Shown piece by piece: positions 1 through 13,026 of a stretch of DNA of 64,000 nucleotides. The translations under genes were made by a program, and so were the position numbers. A model generated the notes under the pieces. It was not told where the DNA came from, did not search any database, and saw only the letters and a program-made list of their open reading frames with translations. The DNA lies in contig NC_058383.1 in assembly GCF_018350175.1 (NCBI RefSeq), positions 7,752,001 through 7,816,000 of the forward strand. The letters are read 5' to 3'. Source of the DNA: Felis catus. Lineage: Eukaryota. Every line of letters begins with the position of its first letter. The stretch's first letter is position 1.

Positions 1-3000
1 TCACCCAGTGGCTGGAAGCCCTCATCACAGCCCCGCTTCACAAGCAGTGCCATGGAAAAATAGCCCGCCTGGAACCACTCCGCCATCTCCTGTGTTGTAA
101 AGGGGCCTGGACCAAGGGAAAGGGGACTTCGGTCAGAAAGCTACGCCCGAGAAGCCCTGAACGAGAATGAGGTCGTCCTCCTGCCCACCCACCCCCGCCC
201 CCCGAGCTCCCACTGCATGGCTCCCACTCCCCACGAGCACCTTGGATCTCCCCCTGTGGGTCCTTGTAGAACCACTTCCGGGCCGCACCGTGGCTGAGAG
301 GGAGGGCAGTGGCAGCTGCTGAGTGGCGCAGACCCTGGGCCTGCATGGCAGCCGTAAACTGCTCTTCCTCCAGGGAGCTGTCCTGCAGGGAGGCCACCAG
401 CTTCTCTGCCTCCTGGGAGACCAGGGAGAGAGGGAAGGCTCAACGGCCCAAGAAGGCAACACCAAGACGAGGCCGAGGCTGAGGTCAGGGTGGAGCCGGG
501 AGGTCAGATCACAAGGCAGACAGAAGGGGAAAGTAGGAACTGGGTGGCGACAGATGGAACAACGGCCCCCTGTCCTCTGTAGGGGAGGATCCCTAGAACC
601 TTCTTAGGCTTCTCCCACACCTGCTGCAGGTGCTTCAGGCCTTCATCATCCTCCAGATCTCCGGGTGGACCAGGGGGTGAGCCCACCCCGGGACTCAGCT
701 GCATCCCCCTCATATCGTCTAGGAGCGAAGAAAGGAAGTGCAACAGAAGATCCCGAGACAGGAAGGAAACACCCCCCCCACCCCAATCCGCCCTCATTCC
801 AGAGGAGAGGGCTGTGATTCCAGCTCTCTCCCCGCCCCCTCCAAGGAAGGGGAGCGTCCCCTGCCCCGGTCAACCCCAGGCTACCTTCAGTCGCCGGCAG
901 GTCTTTCTCTGTAGCATCGTCGCCTTCCCCGTTAGTTCCCCAGAGCGGGCCCAAGGTGGGCAGTGGGGGTGGGGAGCTGGAGTTTTCCTCCTGGGGAGGC
1001 AGTGGGGTCAGCTCCTTCCCTCCTGAAAGAGAAGGGCAATTACCAGAATTCAAAACCAACCAGCTGGAAGGCCTTAAAGATGACTTGGCAGCAATCCTCC
1101 ATCTGTGGCCAGAATCTAGGCCTCTGGACACTGAGTCCTCCCACCTAGCTTTGGTCGACCCCGCTAACATCCAACCAATCAGCACCACGAACCCCACTTT
1201 GCGACACCAGACACGTCGGGAGCGTGTCCGGGTCACCGCCTAGGGCTGTACACGCAACACCACTCTTGGCACCACATTCCTTAAGTCCTCCAAGGAATTT
1301 TCACAGGTCATCTTGATTACATCGGGGTTTCGCCTGGCAGCCTGCCTTTCAGACAGCCCCACTGCGTTCCTCCCGCCTGACGACACCCGCTCTTCTCACA
1401 GGCCACCTTCTCCTGAAGGCGGGTGGACAGCTGGTGCCTAGCCTGGTGAGGGCCTTCTGCCTGCCCGTCTCCTCTCCTCCCCACCCCACCCTGCTCCTCG
1501 GGCTCACCCGCCTCAGGGCCCGCCTCATCTAGCGCTTCAGAAGGTTCTTCCTCCTCTTCCTCCAGGCCCTGGAAGTCGAGCTCCTGCTCCTCAGGAATAG
1601 GCTCCTTGGGGCCCTTCTGCACGGGGTTACGGAACCCGGTGGGGACGACGGGCAGAGGATGAGTGGGAGAGGCCCCTGCTGGGGTAGGTCCCACCACCCG
1701 CCAGCACAGACCTTCCCCTTGCCCCCTCACGAATACCTTGAGAGGCAGAAAGGCCCCAGAGGCATCAAAGGTGCCCATCTCCTCATCCTCGTCGTCCAGG
1801 CACCATTCGGGGAGCCCATCCTTGTCCTCCTCAAAGCCGTCAGGCCCTCGGCACCTCCGCAGGTGAGCGCTGCCTCCCCCACCCCGCCCCTCCTCTTCAC
1901 CACACCCTCCTCGATCCCCTCGAATATCAAATTCAAACTTGCGACGCCGGTCCCCATGTTCCCGCCAGCCAGCAGAGCGGGGACCGCTATCTGGGCAGAA
2001 AAAGTCAAGAAAAGGAGAGTCAGTATCCTGGGCAAGCTGGCTTTCGCTCTTCTGCTGCCCACTGGGGACCCCCCCCCCCTGCGCCCCCACCAGGAACCGG
2101 CATCTCCAAGTCTGCCCTCCCACCCGCTCCACTCCAGGAAACTTTCTGTTCCCTCCACCCGGCTGCGGGAACACACCCTCAGGAAGCTCTTGCCACCAAT
2201 GCCCCCCACAACACCCATCCGGCCCCAACCTCACCAGGGCTGGCCGAGCGCCAGCGGTCGCCATCTCGCCGGGGTCCTGCCCCAAGTCTCCAACTGCCTT
2301 CCTCCTCTTCCTCTTGCTCCTCTCGGAGAGAACGCCAGTTCTCGCTATCTGAGCGGGCATGTTCCTTCCTCGGGCCAGCCCCTCCCTCCTCAAACCCGGA
2401 TCGCGCTTGGAGACAGGGGAAGACACAGTCAGTGAAAGGGCAGCCACGGTTCCTGGAAGACTCTTACTACACACCTCGTGATAAAGGAGGAGCCCAGCTC
2501 CAGGCCCTCCTGCTCCCACCACCTCCCTCAGGAAACACCTTCTCCTCATGTGGTCACCCATTTCAGTCCCCCCCACCACCTCTCAGGGACCCTCAGGACC
2601 CGGCCATCGCTCTTGCCACTCTCCGTACCTCCATCCCTCCTGGCCGACTTCTCAAACCTTCTCTCGCCTCTGCGGAGGGAAAAGGTGTTGGTCAAACCAG
2701 GACAGCTTCCCCTCCCCAACCTGCAGCATCTCTGCACAACTTGTCCCGTCTGCCCTGAGAAGGGTGGGGAGAGGGAGGGCTCGGGGGGGGGGGGGTGGTT
2801 AGAGAAAAGTCAGTCTTGGGAGGGAGCCCAAGGGGACACATTAGAACAGGAGGTCACAGGACAAATGGGAAGAGAGGAAGGCAGCAGGGAGTTGGGAGGC
2901 AAAGAGGAAGACTTGTGACCAAGGCTTATTCAGCGAATCCCCTGCTGCTCTCTAATGTCAAAGGTGCGGAACCCCTCCACACGACACCAGAACCCGCCAC

Positions 3001-3995
3001 AGGGCTTCTCTGCTCTGCCATGATGCTGCTAGCACCTGTCATCCCAACTCTGGCTACGCTGGATCTCCCGGGGGTTTCGACCAAAGGCCCCTTCGCCTTC
3101 TTCGATGCTTCTTTGGTAAAAGCAACTGTCACCACGGCCTCGGCCTGGAGAAAGGAGGAGATGCATGTGGGAAGCCTGCCCGATCGTCTCTCTGCACCCT
3201 CAAAACCATGGGCCCCACCTCGGCCCGCCCCCGGAACCCGTGGTCACCCCCTCTACCTCGGCTCCGAGTGCTGCCCCTGCCGCGGGAGGCGCCACCTAGG
3301 GGGGGGCCGGCCCCCTTCCCCATCAGCCTCAGCACAGCCACACTGTTCACTGACAGGGAGAAGTTTCTCTGAGGAGGGAGCCAGGGGTGGGAGTGAGGAC
3401 CCAGGCACCCGCCGCCCCCCCCCCCACCCCGCCCAGAACCACAACCTCCACCACCTGTCTTTCCAGCTTTGGCCCCTCTCTCCAAGATGGAGACCCAGCA
3501 CCCTGCCCTGCAAGGCTCCGGCCCAGGCCCACCTGCTCCTCCTCAGTCAAAGGCTCCAGCGCCAGGGGCTGCAGTGGCTCCTCCTGCAGCACCGCAGCAA
3601 ACTCCTTGTCCTGCAGCTCATCGGGTACCTGTCAACCGGGGCAGAGCGGAGGTCCCACGTGCTCCTGGACCCCCTCCACCGGCCGAGACCAAATGGGCAA
3701 CAGGGCCACACACCCCACACTCTCGCCTAGCCCCACCTTGTTCTCCTTGACGTAGAGAGCCAGCATCTCTTCTCGCCCGTAGCGATAGTCAGCCAGCTTG
3801 TATTTGGGCATGGCAGGGGACGGGGGTGGAGAGGCCACACTGCCACCGCTGGAAAGGGCCCTCAGCCTAGAAAAGGGACACAGGAAAGGAGAGAAACAGG
3901 AATCCGGGCAGCCCTCTTCTCCCTGGTTTCTCTGAGCCATCCAAAGCATGTGTGACTCACCACTCAGGCCCAAAATTGAGGGTCTCTGCTGCCAT
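1..3995 (-). CDS. GIGYF1: GRB10-interacting GYF protein 1, 5' coding exons (continues beyond left edge)
   Basis: ATG at 3995 (MAAETLNFGPEWLRAL). Coding exons with GT-AG boundaries and consistent phases: 3961-3995, 3737-3866, 3533-3628, 3257-3368, 3036-3144, 2629-2669, 2235-2405, 1737-1990, 1508-1616, 885-1022, 621-718, 241-412, <1-106. Contains the 4EHP-binding motif YRYGREEML, the PEWCLDDEDEEMGTFDASGAF motif, and the GYF domain [28 protein letters not shown]. Confidence 0.96.
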
Positions 3996-5720
3996 TGTGG
4001 AGCCAGGTGTATCCTCAAGGTCCGAGGGGCTGAAGGGACAAGGGGGGGGACCTGGCGTTCACTCTCCAAACACCTGTGGAGACACGGGGACACTAGGCCT
4101 CGGAGACAACACATCACACACCTAGAGAAGCACAAGAAGAGAAGAAATGGAATCCCACCTAACGAACTCTGAAAGGACTCACCTAAGCCAGCCACGTGCC
4201 ACTCACACCATGAGTTAAGTGAACTGTCGCGACGGGGGAAGACCTGGGGGAAGGAAGGAAAACAGGGCAGCTGGAGCCCTTTCCAGCTTCAGCAAAGGGT
4301 ACCTCCCTCTACCCCAGACTTACTTGGCAGCCTTGCCCCAGGAAGCAGGTAGGGCCGGGCCGGGCTGGGGCTCTCTTCAGGCAGGGGCCTGTGCTGGAAT
4401 GAACCAAGGTCTCCAAGCTACAGGACGCTGACCTGACTACAGTGGTGTCCGGGGAGGGAGCTTCACATCAGGGAAAGATCCTTACCGAGAGGCAAGAAAA
4501 TAAAACTGGGGTTAAACTAATGGGCCGGGTGGGTCTCCCCACCTCTGGCCCTCCTCTGGCCCACAACATGGGGAGATCCACAGCTGCGGGAGGCTTCTAG
4601 TTATCCGGCGCAGGGAGCCACGGACCCTGCTCTTTCTCATCTCTGTCCCCCCCGCCAGGCCTCAAGACCAGTTAATTGACCCAGCAGAGCTAACAGAGGC
4701 GCTGGCATTGTGGCAGAGCGCGCCAGGTACCTCTCCAGGCCTAAGCGCCCTCGCAGGGTGGCGTGGTATTTGGGAAGGGGCTGGTTGAGGCATGGGGGGC
4801 ACTCAGAACAAAGGTAAAACACAAGCAAGCAAGGAAACCAACAAACAAAACATCAGAGCCACAAATACCCTAGAGACAAAAAAACATCAGTTATGGAAAG
4901 AATCACAAATGCAACCTAGGAGCAAAATTACCTCCCTCCTGAAAACTCTCAGGACCGCCTGTTTGGCGGCTAGAATCCAGGGATTCCGTTTGGGGGGAAA
5001 GCCAGTGGAATGGGAATGGCGGTGAGGAGCCCCTACCCCAGGGCCAAAGACAGGGCAAAGGGAAGGCCACAGGCAGGAGAGTCCAGCCAGTGCCCCCTTG
5101 GCCTGATTTACCCAATAGGAATCCACACTTTTCCAGGGATCGGGAAGAGCCCCATCACAACTACTAAGAACCAAAAAGGGAACATTATGCTACAAACTAG
5201 GCAAAAGCCCCTCTCACCATAAAGTCAAAATGAGGTTGACAGAAGTAGTGGCAGTGGCAGCGACCTGTCCTCCTAAGGAACAGCAGGAGAGGCTCTCAGG
5301 GGGCAGCGCATCCCTGGCGGTTCTGAGCAAGGATGGGTGGGTGAGGTCTCAGGGAGCTGCACAACGGCTTCCCTCACTGGCTGGGGAGGAAGCCGGACCA
5401 GAGTGCCTCCACGGTTTCCATCAAGTCCAAGACTCCACGATTCTGCGAAGAAAGGCGGAAGGGTTTCTTCCAGAGGGGTCAAGGGGCAATAGCTCTCACA
5501 GCTGCAGACGGGAAGACAAAGCGGAACACCATGACAGAAGTGGGACGCGCTTCCAAAATCCTGGTGTCCTAGGAGGAAACCCAGCTTTGGAGGTTGTCTA
5601 GAACAGGGTGGACTTGTCCCTGGCATGACCATCTCTTCTGCAACAGCCCCAACTGGACATTCCTGGCGACAGAGCACACCACGGCACACGTGGCTCTCAG
5701 GAGACACATGGTGTTGAAAA

Positions 5721-5932
5721 GGGGCACCTGGGTGGCTTAGACCATTAAGCGTCTGACTTCGGCTCTGGTCACGATCTCGTTGTTCGTGGGTTCGAGCCTC
5801 TCATCGGGCTCTGTGCTGACAGCTCAGAGCCTGGAGCCTGCTTCGGATCCTGTGTGTGTGTCCCTCTCTCTCTCGCTCTCTCTCTGCCCCTCCCCTACTC
5901 ACACTCTGCCTCTCTCAAAAATAAATAAAAAC
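5721..5932 (+). mobile_element. Carnivore SINE (Can-SINE/SINEC)
   Basis: GGGGCACCTGGGTGGCT head, (CT)n tract, AAAATAAATAAAA tail. Confidence 0.9.
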
Positions 5933-6029
5933 ATTTGAAAAGCTCTTCCTTTCACTGGATTCACACAGGCCTCCCAGGAAAGAAGGTTCCTTCTTTCCGC
6001 GCTACAGCCCTTACCTAATCTGCCCGATC

Positions 6030-6300
6030 AACCTTGAAGACACTATGCTAAATGAAACAGCCCAGTCACAAAAGAGCAAACACCACAGGATTCCTCTTGT
6101 TTGAGATTCCTTGAGCAGCCAAATTTAGAAACACATAGAACAATAGGGGACAGGGCTGGGAAGTGTTTAATAGGTAAGAAGTTTCAGCCAAAACGGGACC
6201 AACGAAAGAGTTCTGAAGATGGGACAGTGGGGACAGTTGCACAACAACGTGAACGTACTTAACCTGGCAGAATCGTACACTCAAAAATGGTTAAATGGCC
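6030..6300 (+). mobile_element. Old L1M 3'-end fragment
   Basis: ACCTTGAAGACACTATGCTAAATGAAA...GTACACTCAAAAATGGTTAAA resembles an L1M 3' UTR. Confidence 0.6.
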
Positions 6301-6862
6301 TGTTTTACCACCCCCACCCCGGCAGGAGGAAAAAAAAAAAAGGTTTAGGGGGAAAAAAAGAGACATTTGGGAATACCTATTACATATCGAGGTCCTCCTC
6401 ACTCCAAAGAAAACACCCCACATTCCTGCAAACAAACCTCAGGAGAGGCCGTTCTGAGCCCCTTGCGATTCTTTCCAGAAGAGCCCCATCCTCATGGAAG
6501 GCCGCTGTGAGACAACAGGGACAACTCACCCTCCCTCCCTTCCAGGGAGTGGCAAAGGCAGCTCTCCTCTTCCGGCCTTCACCTTTCTGTCCTGGTCGCA
6601 GACTGGCAAACTGAGGAAAAGTGGTTCCCGGTGTGAGAAGCAGGGAAACTGCAGAAGCAAGGAAAGGCAGTCAGGGCGGAGGAAGCAGAGGAGCGGCGGG
6701 AGGAAAGTCACGTCTCCGGGCTGGCCTGGCCACAGGGGGACCTGGTCCAGCAGCCGGTGGCTGTCGGGTCGTCCTTCAGACCAAAGGAAGCACTGCGAAG
6801 CAGCACACGAGCTGCCGGTGGTTCCCACCCTCCGACCAGGCGTGCTTCTGTGTCCTCGGAGC

Positions 6863-7040
6863 CAGAGGTTCTCAACTGGGGGCACCTGCGCTCCAGGGCA
6901 CATGTGGCAGTATCTGGATACGGTTTTGGTAGGCGTGACTTGAAAGGCGCTACTGGCCTCCAACAAGGCGCATGACAGCCCCCCACAACAAGAAATTAGT
7001 GGGCCCAATGCGGCGACAGTGCCCGGGCTGAGGACGCCTC
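6863..7040 (+). mobile_element. MER20 (hAT-Charlie) DNA transposon remnant
   Basis: CAGAGGTTCTCAACTGGGGG...GACAGCCCCCCACAACAAGAAATTA...GCTGAGGACGCCT follows the MER20 consensus with an internal deletion. Confidence 0.75.
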
Positions 7041-9199
7041 CTCCATATCACAAGCGCAGGTAAAGCCTGCTCTGTGTTTACGGGGAAGAACAGAAGACAG
7101 GAGAAACCAAATTTATTCCAGTTCAGTCTCCCCTAAAAGCAGGGAAATCTTTTCCTAATTATACTGTCCCTTGAGAGAAATCTGAAACCCTGCCAGGAGG
7201 GAAATCCTTAAGAAGAGATTAAAAAAATTGTGCAAAGTTTCTCTATCACAAACTCTCGAAGCCACCTGTTTGGATCCCCTTCCAGTGAAGGAAAGGGCCG
7301 GGACAGACAGCAGACCGGACTGGGGGCAGCACCCTTTCCTGGCTTCTTGATCTAAGCGTCTCCTCCAGGCTCCTTCCCGCTTACCCGCCACCTCTACCTT
7401 CAGCACCTGCCTGCCTCATCTGCCTGCCCGGCTCCCTCCATCCCTCTGCCCCATCTTCTTTCTCAGGCCTTGGTATACCCTCTCCCTCCAAGCTTTAGAT
7501 TTATTGTTATTAAAAGGCTGCCCCCTGCTGGAGTTGAGGGAAAAAGATATACTGGTCCAGGGTGTTCACAACAGGCTTGCAGGAACAGGAGGGAAGCCTG
7601 TTCTCTGGGGTTCATAACTCTGAGAAGAAAAAGATCCCAAGAATGGGCAGTCCTAGCACACGCTAAGTTAACGTTATTTCCTCATTCCATCAACCCTAAA
7701 ATTAGCCCCATTCCAGAGCTATGTGCCTTGGCACAGAAAGGTACCACTATTAACAGAAGTGGAGTCCCAAATTCCCCGACATCTGAGCAACCGACAACCG
7801 CCCAGTCCCAAACCTGTTGGGAAGTGACTCTGCCCTTTCTCAGGATGCGAAGATCCTCCAGGCCCGGGAGGGTAACTGAGAAAGCTCAGAAAGGGGTGCA
7901 AGCCCATGTTCCCCCCACCTGGTGAGCGATCCCAGCTCTCTCCTCTCTGAGCCATCATGACAAATAACGCCCCTTGGCACGTTTACCAGTTAAGTTTTCA
8001 AAGCGCTTTCACACTTTACCTCATTTGATCCCTTCTACCCACTTGCCCAGTCTTGGGACCTAGCCAGGGAAAACAAGGAAGGAAGGATGCAGCTGGCCCC
8101 ACAGGGGACCCCATGTCCCCAGACACTCTGTTCGAGACTGGAGAAGGGATGCACTAGCAGCAGAAGCACCCTGAGTACTTTGTGAGTTTCAGGCTGTTTT
8201 AAATTTCCTTTAGTTTTATAAATCTTTCACGTAGCAATCTCTTCTCCCTTGCTGTTTAAATTGAGACTACTCTTTCTACCCCTAACTCCAACCACAAACA
8301 ACAAACTACAGTCCTTTAATTTCTCAAACGGCAACAATACTAATCTGTCCCCTGGCTTAAAAAGCCAGGCCAGAGGTCTAGGAACACAACTCACCATATA
8401 GATCTCCTAAGGCCCTGGGTCCCCAGACCAAGGCAGCAACACAAAATCCAGATCCGTCTCCATCCTTCCCAATTACACACCAGACCAACAACTAGAAACT
8501 AAGACTGGAGCTGAGTGAGGGTGGGTGGCCTGAGACACACAGGGAACAGTACAGATGAAGGACCTGGAGAGCGAACTCCCACATCATGAGTGGCAAAGGG
8601 GACTACCCTGTCGGCGCCCATAGGGCTTCAGATGCAGAGGCGGGGGGGTGGAGGGCTAAGGTGCAACTAACTGCCAGCTCAGAGGAGCAGTGGAGAGATT
8701 GTGTGGAGGTTGATCTTTGGGCAAGCAGCAATAAGGGGAGGGCAGTGAGACTGGGGCGGGTAGAGGAAAGAATGGGCCAACAACAATTGACTTAGCATCT
8801 CCTAGGGCCGGGGCCCTATGAAGGACCAGACCTGGGAGCTTACTGGGAATTCTAGTAACGGCCGGGTAAGAAATGCGAGATGAGGGTTGCTTTTAAGTTA
8901 ACTTAGGAAGGAAGAAGAAGGAGGGGGGGGGGGGAAAAAAGCCAAAGTGTGAGGGGCCGTGGCCGGGGAGCTGCTGCATCAGAGGCGCTGGGCTGGGAAG
9001 AGCCTGGCCTGGAGACAGGAAAGACTTAGGTGTTGAAAACGGTCAGGCAACAGGGAGCAAGGAGACCCCAATGACCAAGCACTAATGTCGCTCGTGGGAA
9101 GGAGATTTAGGTGAAGACCCAGTGGAGGTGCTTTGGTTAAGAGGCAAGGCTTCCACGTTGGCCAAAGTCACGGAACGCCTGGACTTTCAGAGCCGCTGG

Positions 9200-10220
9200 G
9201 CCCAGCTAATTATAAGAGCCCGGAGGCACGCCGGGGAAGTCTCCGGGGACCGCCGGGCTTTAGGGTCGGGGGGCCCCGGGCGGGCCCGGCGGAGGATGCG
9301 GATGGACGGGAGGGGGCCGGGCAGGGCTGCCGAGGGGCCCGAGGGCGACCGTTAGGAGCGCGGGGGTGGGAAGGAGGCGGGCCGCCCGGGAGGACGGCGT
9401 GCCCTTCAGGGAGGGGGCGCCAGGTGCGCGGGGCGAGGGCGGCCGCCCCCCGGGAGGGGCCCGGCCTCCCTCGGGGCCGTGCCGGGGAAGGGCCGGCGGG
9501 AGTGCGGACGCACCGGGCGGCTGCGGCGGCGGCGGCGGCGGCCTGGGCAGAGGCGCGGGAGGGTCCGTGCCGGCGGCCCGCGCTCTCGCTCTGGCTCTCG
9601 CAGGCTCGGCGCGGCCGCCTCGGCGTCGGGGGCGGGCCTGCCCCGGGCCCGGCGGCGGGCCGGGGTCCGCGGAGCCGCCGAGCGCTTACCGCGGCGGGCG
9701 GGCGGCGCGAGGCTCCGGTCCCGGGGCGTTGGCGGCGCGCGGCGGGCCGGGGGGCGGCGGCGACGGCGGCAGCGGCGGCGGGGGAGGGGGCGCTGGCGCT
9801 CCCGCGGCGGCCGCTCCTCTCTGTTTGTGTTTGTAGCAAGATGGCTGCCCGCCTCGCACCACGTGACGCGGACGCTGGGCCGCGGGGCCGCCCCCTCCGC
9901 CGCCGCCGCTGCCGCCGCCGCCGCCGCCCCCGCCCCCGCCCCCTCCGCGGCTCCGGTCCCCCGCGACCCGCACGGCCAGGCGCCCGCCCCGCGCGCCCCG
10001 CGAGGAGCCCCAAAGCCCGCCGCCCCGACCCCCCCCCGACACGTGACCCGGGGCCTGGCTCATCACGTGACGCAGGGCCTGCAGCGGGCCGGGGGTGGGG
10101 GTCCCCGGGGTGCTCCCCGGCTGCCCCTAGGCAAGTGACGCGTGACCGTCGCGACGGAGGCCGCCGCAGGTGGCATCGCAGGGCTCTGAGTTTCGCCAGT
10201 CGGCTTCCTCCGGGAAGCCC
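9200..10220 (-). promoter_or_regulatory. GIGYF1: CpG-island promoter and non-coding first exon of GIGYF1
   Basis: Very GC/CpG-rich. Strong minus-strand donor (G|GTAAGC) ends an exon at 9690. YY1-like AAGATGGCTGCC at ~9838-9849, GC boxes, three CACGTGAC E-boxes, and (GCC)n tracts. Confidence 0.8.
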
Positions 10221-11649
10221 GCCTGGATTGAAGGAGACAACTTTTAATCCAGATGTGTGTTCACTCAGACGTTCTGGGATATATGAAATAAGTGAGGAAC
10301 TAATCACTTGGAAACTGTCCGAGGCAGCACTGGCTGGTGAGACCTAGAGTTTCTATCTGGCGCCGCCACTGACTAGCTTCTAGACTTCGGGGGAAGCACT
10401 TGATACCTTCGGGCCTCGGTTTCTCGTTTGCAGTCAGGTATTATTGCAGTTCTCCGCCCCACCCCTGACCCTCACTCCACTTCCTTCCCGGAGTGCTGAA
10501 AGAATTAAAATAGGTGAATATGAAAGGCTGTGAAAAGAGAGAATTTACTATGCAAATGCGAGTAGTAGATCGACACCTCCTTTGTTTAAAAAAGGGGTTT
10601 TCCAGAATCCTTGAACTTTTCAGGATGAAAAAGTGTTCTGGTGTTTTCACCTTTTTTTTTTTTTTTTTCAGTTATTCCAGAATGTATACTTTGCTTTCCA
10701 GCTTCCTATAATAGCTGTTACCAAACACGATGTAATGCTTAGGATATGGAGAAGTAAAGTCAGACTTAGAACTTGAGTTCCTTGTGTTGTGCCATAATGG
10801 AGCACAGACCTCAGGAGCTACCAGAAGGCCCTTTGTTCCTCCACTGAGCATTCCCCAGGCTTCTGTGCACTTGTAGTTTTAGTGTCTGCTTTTTTCCGTT
10901 CCCTTGACTTTCTTGCAGTCAGGATTTCTTAGTGCTGCCAGTCTAGCTGCTTGCTCCCAGGCTGGAAAGTGGAATTATTTTAGAGCAAGGGCTCCCGTGT
11001 GGGTTTCATTCATTACTGCCTGTGGCCTTGGAAATAATCTCTTCCATCTCTGGATTGTGGGGTAAAGCACTTAACACAGTGCTTGGCACAGGGCAGGTAC
11101 TCCACCGGTGTTAGCTGGTAGGGGCTTCTGGTTCCACAGGGTCCACAATATTCTGATTGTTAACACTGTATAAAATGTATCAACAGAATCTAAGCTTGGG
11201 TGAGAACTTATTACCTAAAGTTCATCAGCTTTTTTATAACAGTTGTTTTTTTCTTAACTCAAAAGCTGTTGTCCTTGCTTTTTGTTTGTTTTTTTAACTT
11301 TTCTAGATTGTGTCCTGGGTGGTTGAAGTTCCCAGCAGCCTAATCTCGGAATGAGTAAAGCCTTAGCGTGTTTTGTTAATTAGCAACGTGAGATTGCAAA
11401 TTTTGGTGGAGACTTGGTACAAGGGAAAAGAGGGACCTCTGTCGACTGGTAGCTGTAGGGACTGTAGCTCTGTGGACTCAGCTGTGCTGAGCTGGAAGAA
11501 AGGCAGGATTTGGGGTGGGTTTAGGAAAAGTGGGGGTCAGCTTTATAATAGCCGCAATCTAGGCTGATGGGAGAAGAGTAGATGGGTAAGAAGAAAAGCA
11601 GAACTTCAGCTGAATGCTTTGAATGCTACCATAAAAATGTATTTGATCA

Positions 11650-12040
11650 GGGGCGCCTGGGTGGCTCAGTCGGTTAAGCGTCCGACTTCAGCCAGGTCAC
11701 GATCTCGCGGTCCGCGAGTTCGAGCCCCGCGTCGGGCTCTGGGCTGATGGCTCAGAGCCTGGAGCCTGTTTCTGATTCTGTGTCTCCCTCTCTCTCTGCC
11801 CCTCCCCCGTTCATGCTGTGTCTCTCTCTGTCTCAAAAATAAACGTTAAAAAAAAAAATGTATTTGATCAGGGCACCAGGGTGGCTCAGTGGGTTAAGCA
11901 TCGGATTCTTGATTTCAGCTAGGTTGTGATCTCATGCTTTGTGGGATCAAGCCCTGCGTTGGGCTCTGTGCTGACAATGTGGAGCCTTCTTGGGATTCTC
12001 TCTCTCTCTCTCTCAAAATAAGTAACTTTTTAAAAAAAAG
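11650..12040 (+). mobile_element. Two tandem Can-SINEs (young 11650-11858; older 11871-12040)
   Basis: Two SINE heads. A perfect 17-bp TSD AAAAATGTATTTGATCA flanks the first. Confidence 0.9.
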
Positions 12041-12844
12041 TGTTTGATTGTAGAGTAGCACCCACTAGATGCAGCCTGGCAAGGAGCACAGACTAGACTC
12101 CAGAGTCCAAGATCGGAGTGATCACCAAAGGTTCCTTGTGTTCCAACTTGTGACTGTAGCCAAGTAATCTCCTCCAGCTGTAAAGTTGGGGAAAACACTC
12201 TGGCTGCTGCCGCTGAAGACATGGGAATTTGAATCTGTTAAGCACCCTCTTTGAGAAAAGAAACTGAAATCAGAACTGTGTATCTCCCATACAGAATGAA
12301 AGAGAAAATTACAAAAAAATCACTTAGACCTAAAATGTTTTTGTTTATTCAGGTGCTATGGTGTAAAATGCCTTGGACTATGTTGTTTTATATTGCTTTT
12401 GAAGTAAAGAAAGAGATTTGGCGAGATGATTAATCGAGATGAAAGGGAGGTGCCAGGTAAGTTTAAAGAGCCAAGTTCTGCCCTTTTTCCAAATGGCAGA
12501 TTCCTCTGTAGTGATTACCTTCAATGAAATGCAAAAAAGATAAGGACCATCTTAATGTCACATCAGTTTCTTACGGTGCCTGGCCTCACCCACATAAATC
12601 ATGAACCTTTATATTTATCTGGATGTCAGAGTTCAGAAACCACATTTTAGATCCCATGAAAAGACACATATCCTGAGTAATGGAGTGATCGTTCATAAAC
12701 TGTTTATTGTTAATTGTCAGACAAAATGGGCCTCAAAATGAATTTATTGCATTCAGAATTATTTTCTGCCACGATCTAAGATTTTGTCTTAGCGTCTCGA
12801 GTTACCAATGACCTACTCGTTGCTGAACCCACTGGTCCATTATC

Positions 12845-13026
12845 TTTTTTTTTTTTTTTTTTTTTTTTGAGAGAGGGTGCAAGTGAGAGGGGGCAGAGAG
12901 AGAATCTCATGAGGGGCAGAGAGGGAAAAGGCACTAACCCAAAGCAGGGCTCGAACTCACGAATCGTGAGATCATGACCTAAGCCAAAGTCTGATGCTTA
13001 ATGGATTGAGCCACCCAGGTACCCCC
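12845..13026 (-). mobile_element. Can-SINE with TSD CACTGGTCCATTATCTT
   Basis: Poly(T), SINE body and flanking direct repeat. Confidence 0.85.

Noticed and set aside
1317..2579. 420-aa minus-strand ORF
   Set aside because: Read-through of GC-rich GIGYF1 introns joining in-frame exons; not a separate gene.
9133..10347. 404-aa and 365-aa ORFs across the GIGYF1 CpG island
   Set aside because: Low-complexity Arg/Gly/Ala/Pro products expected from very high GC; no recognisable domain.
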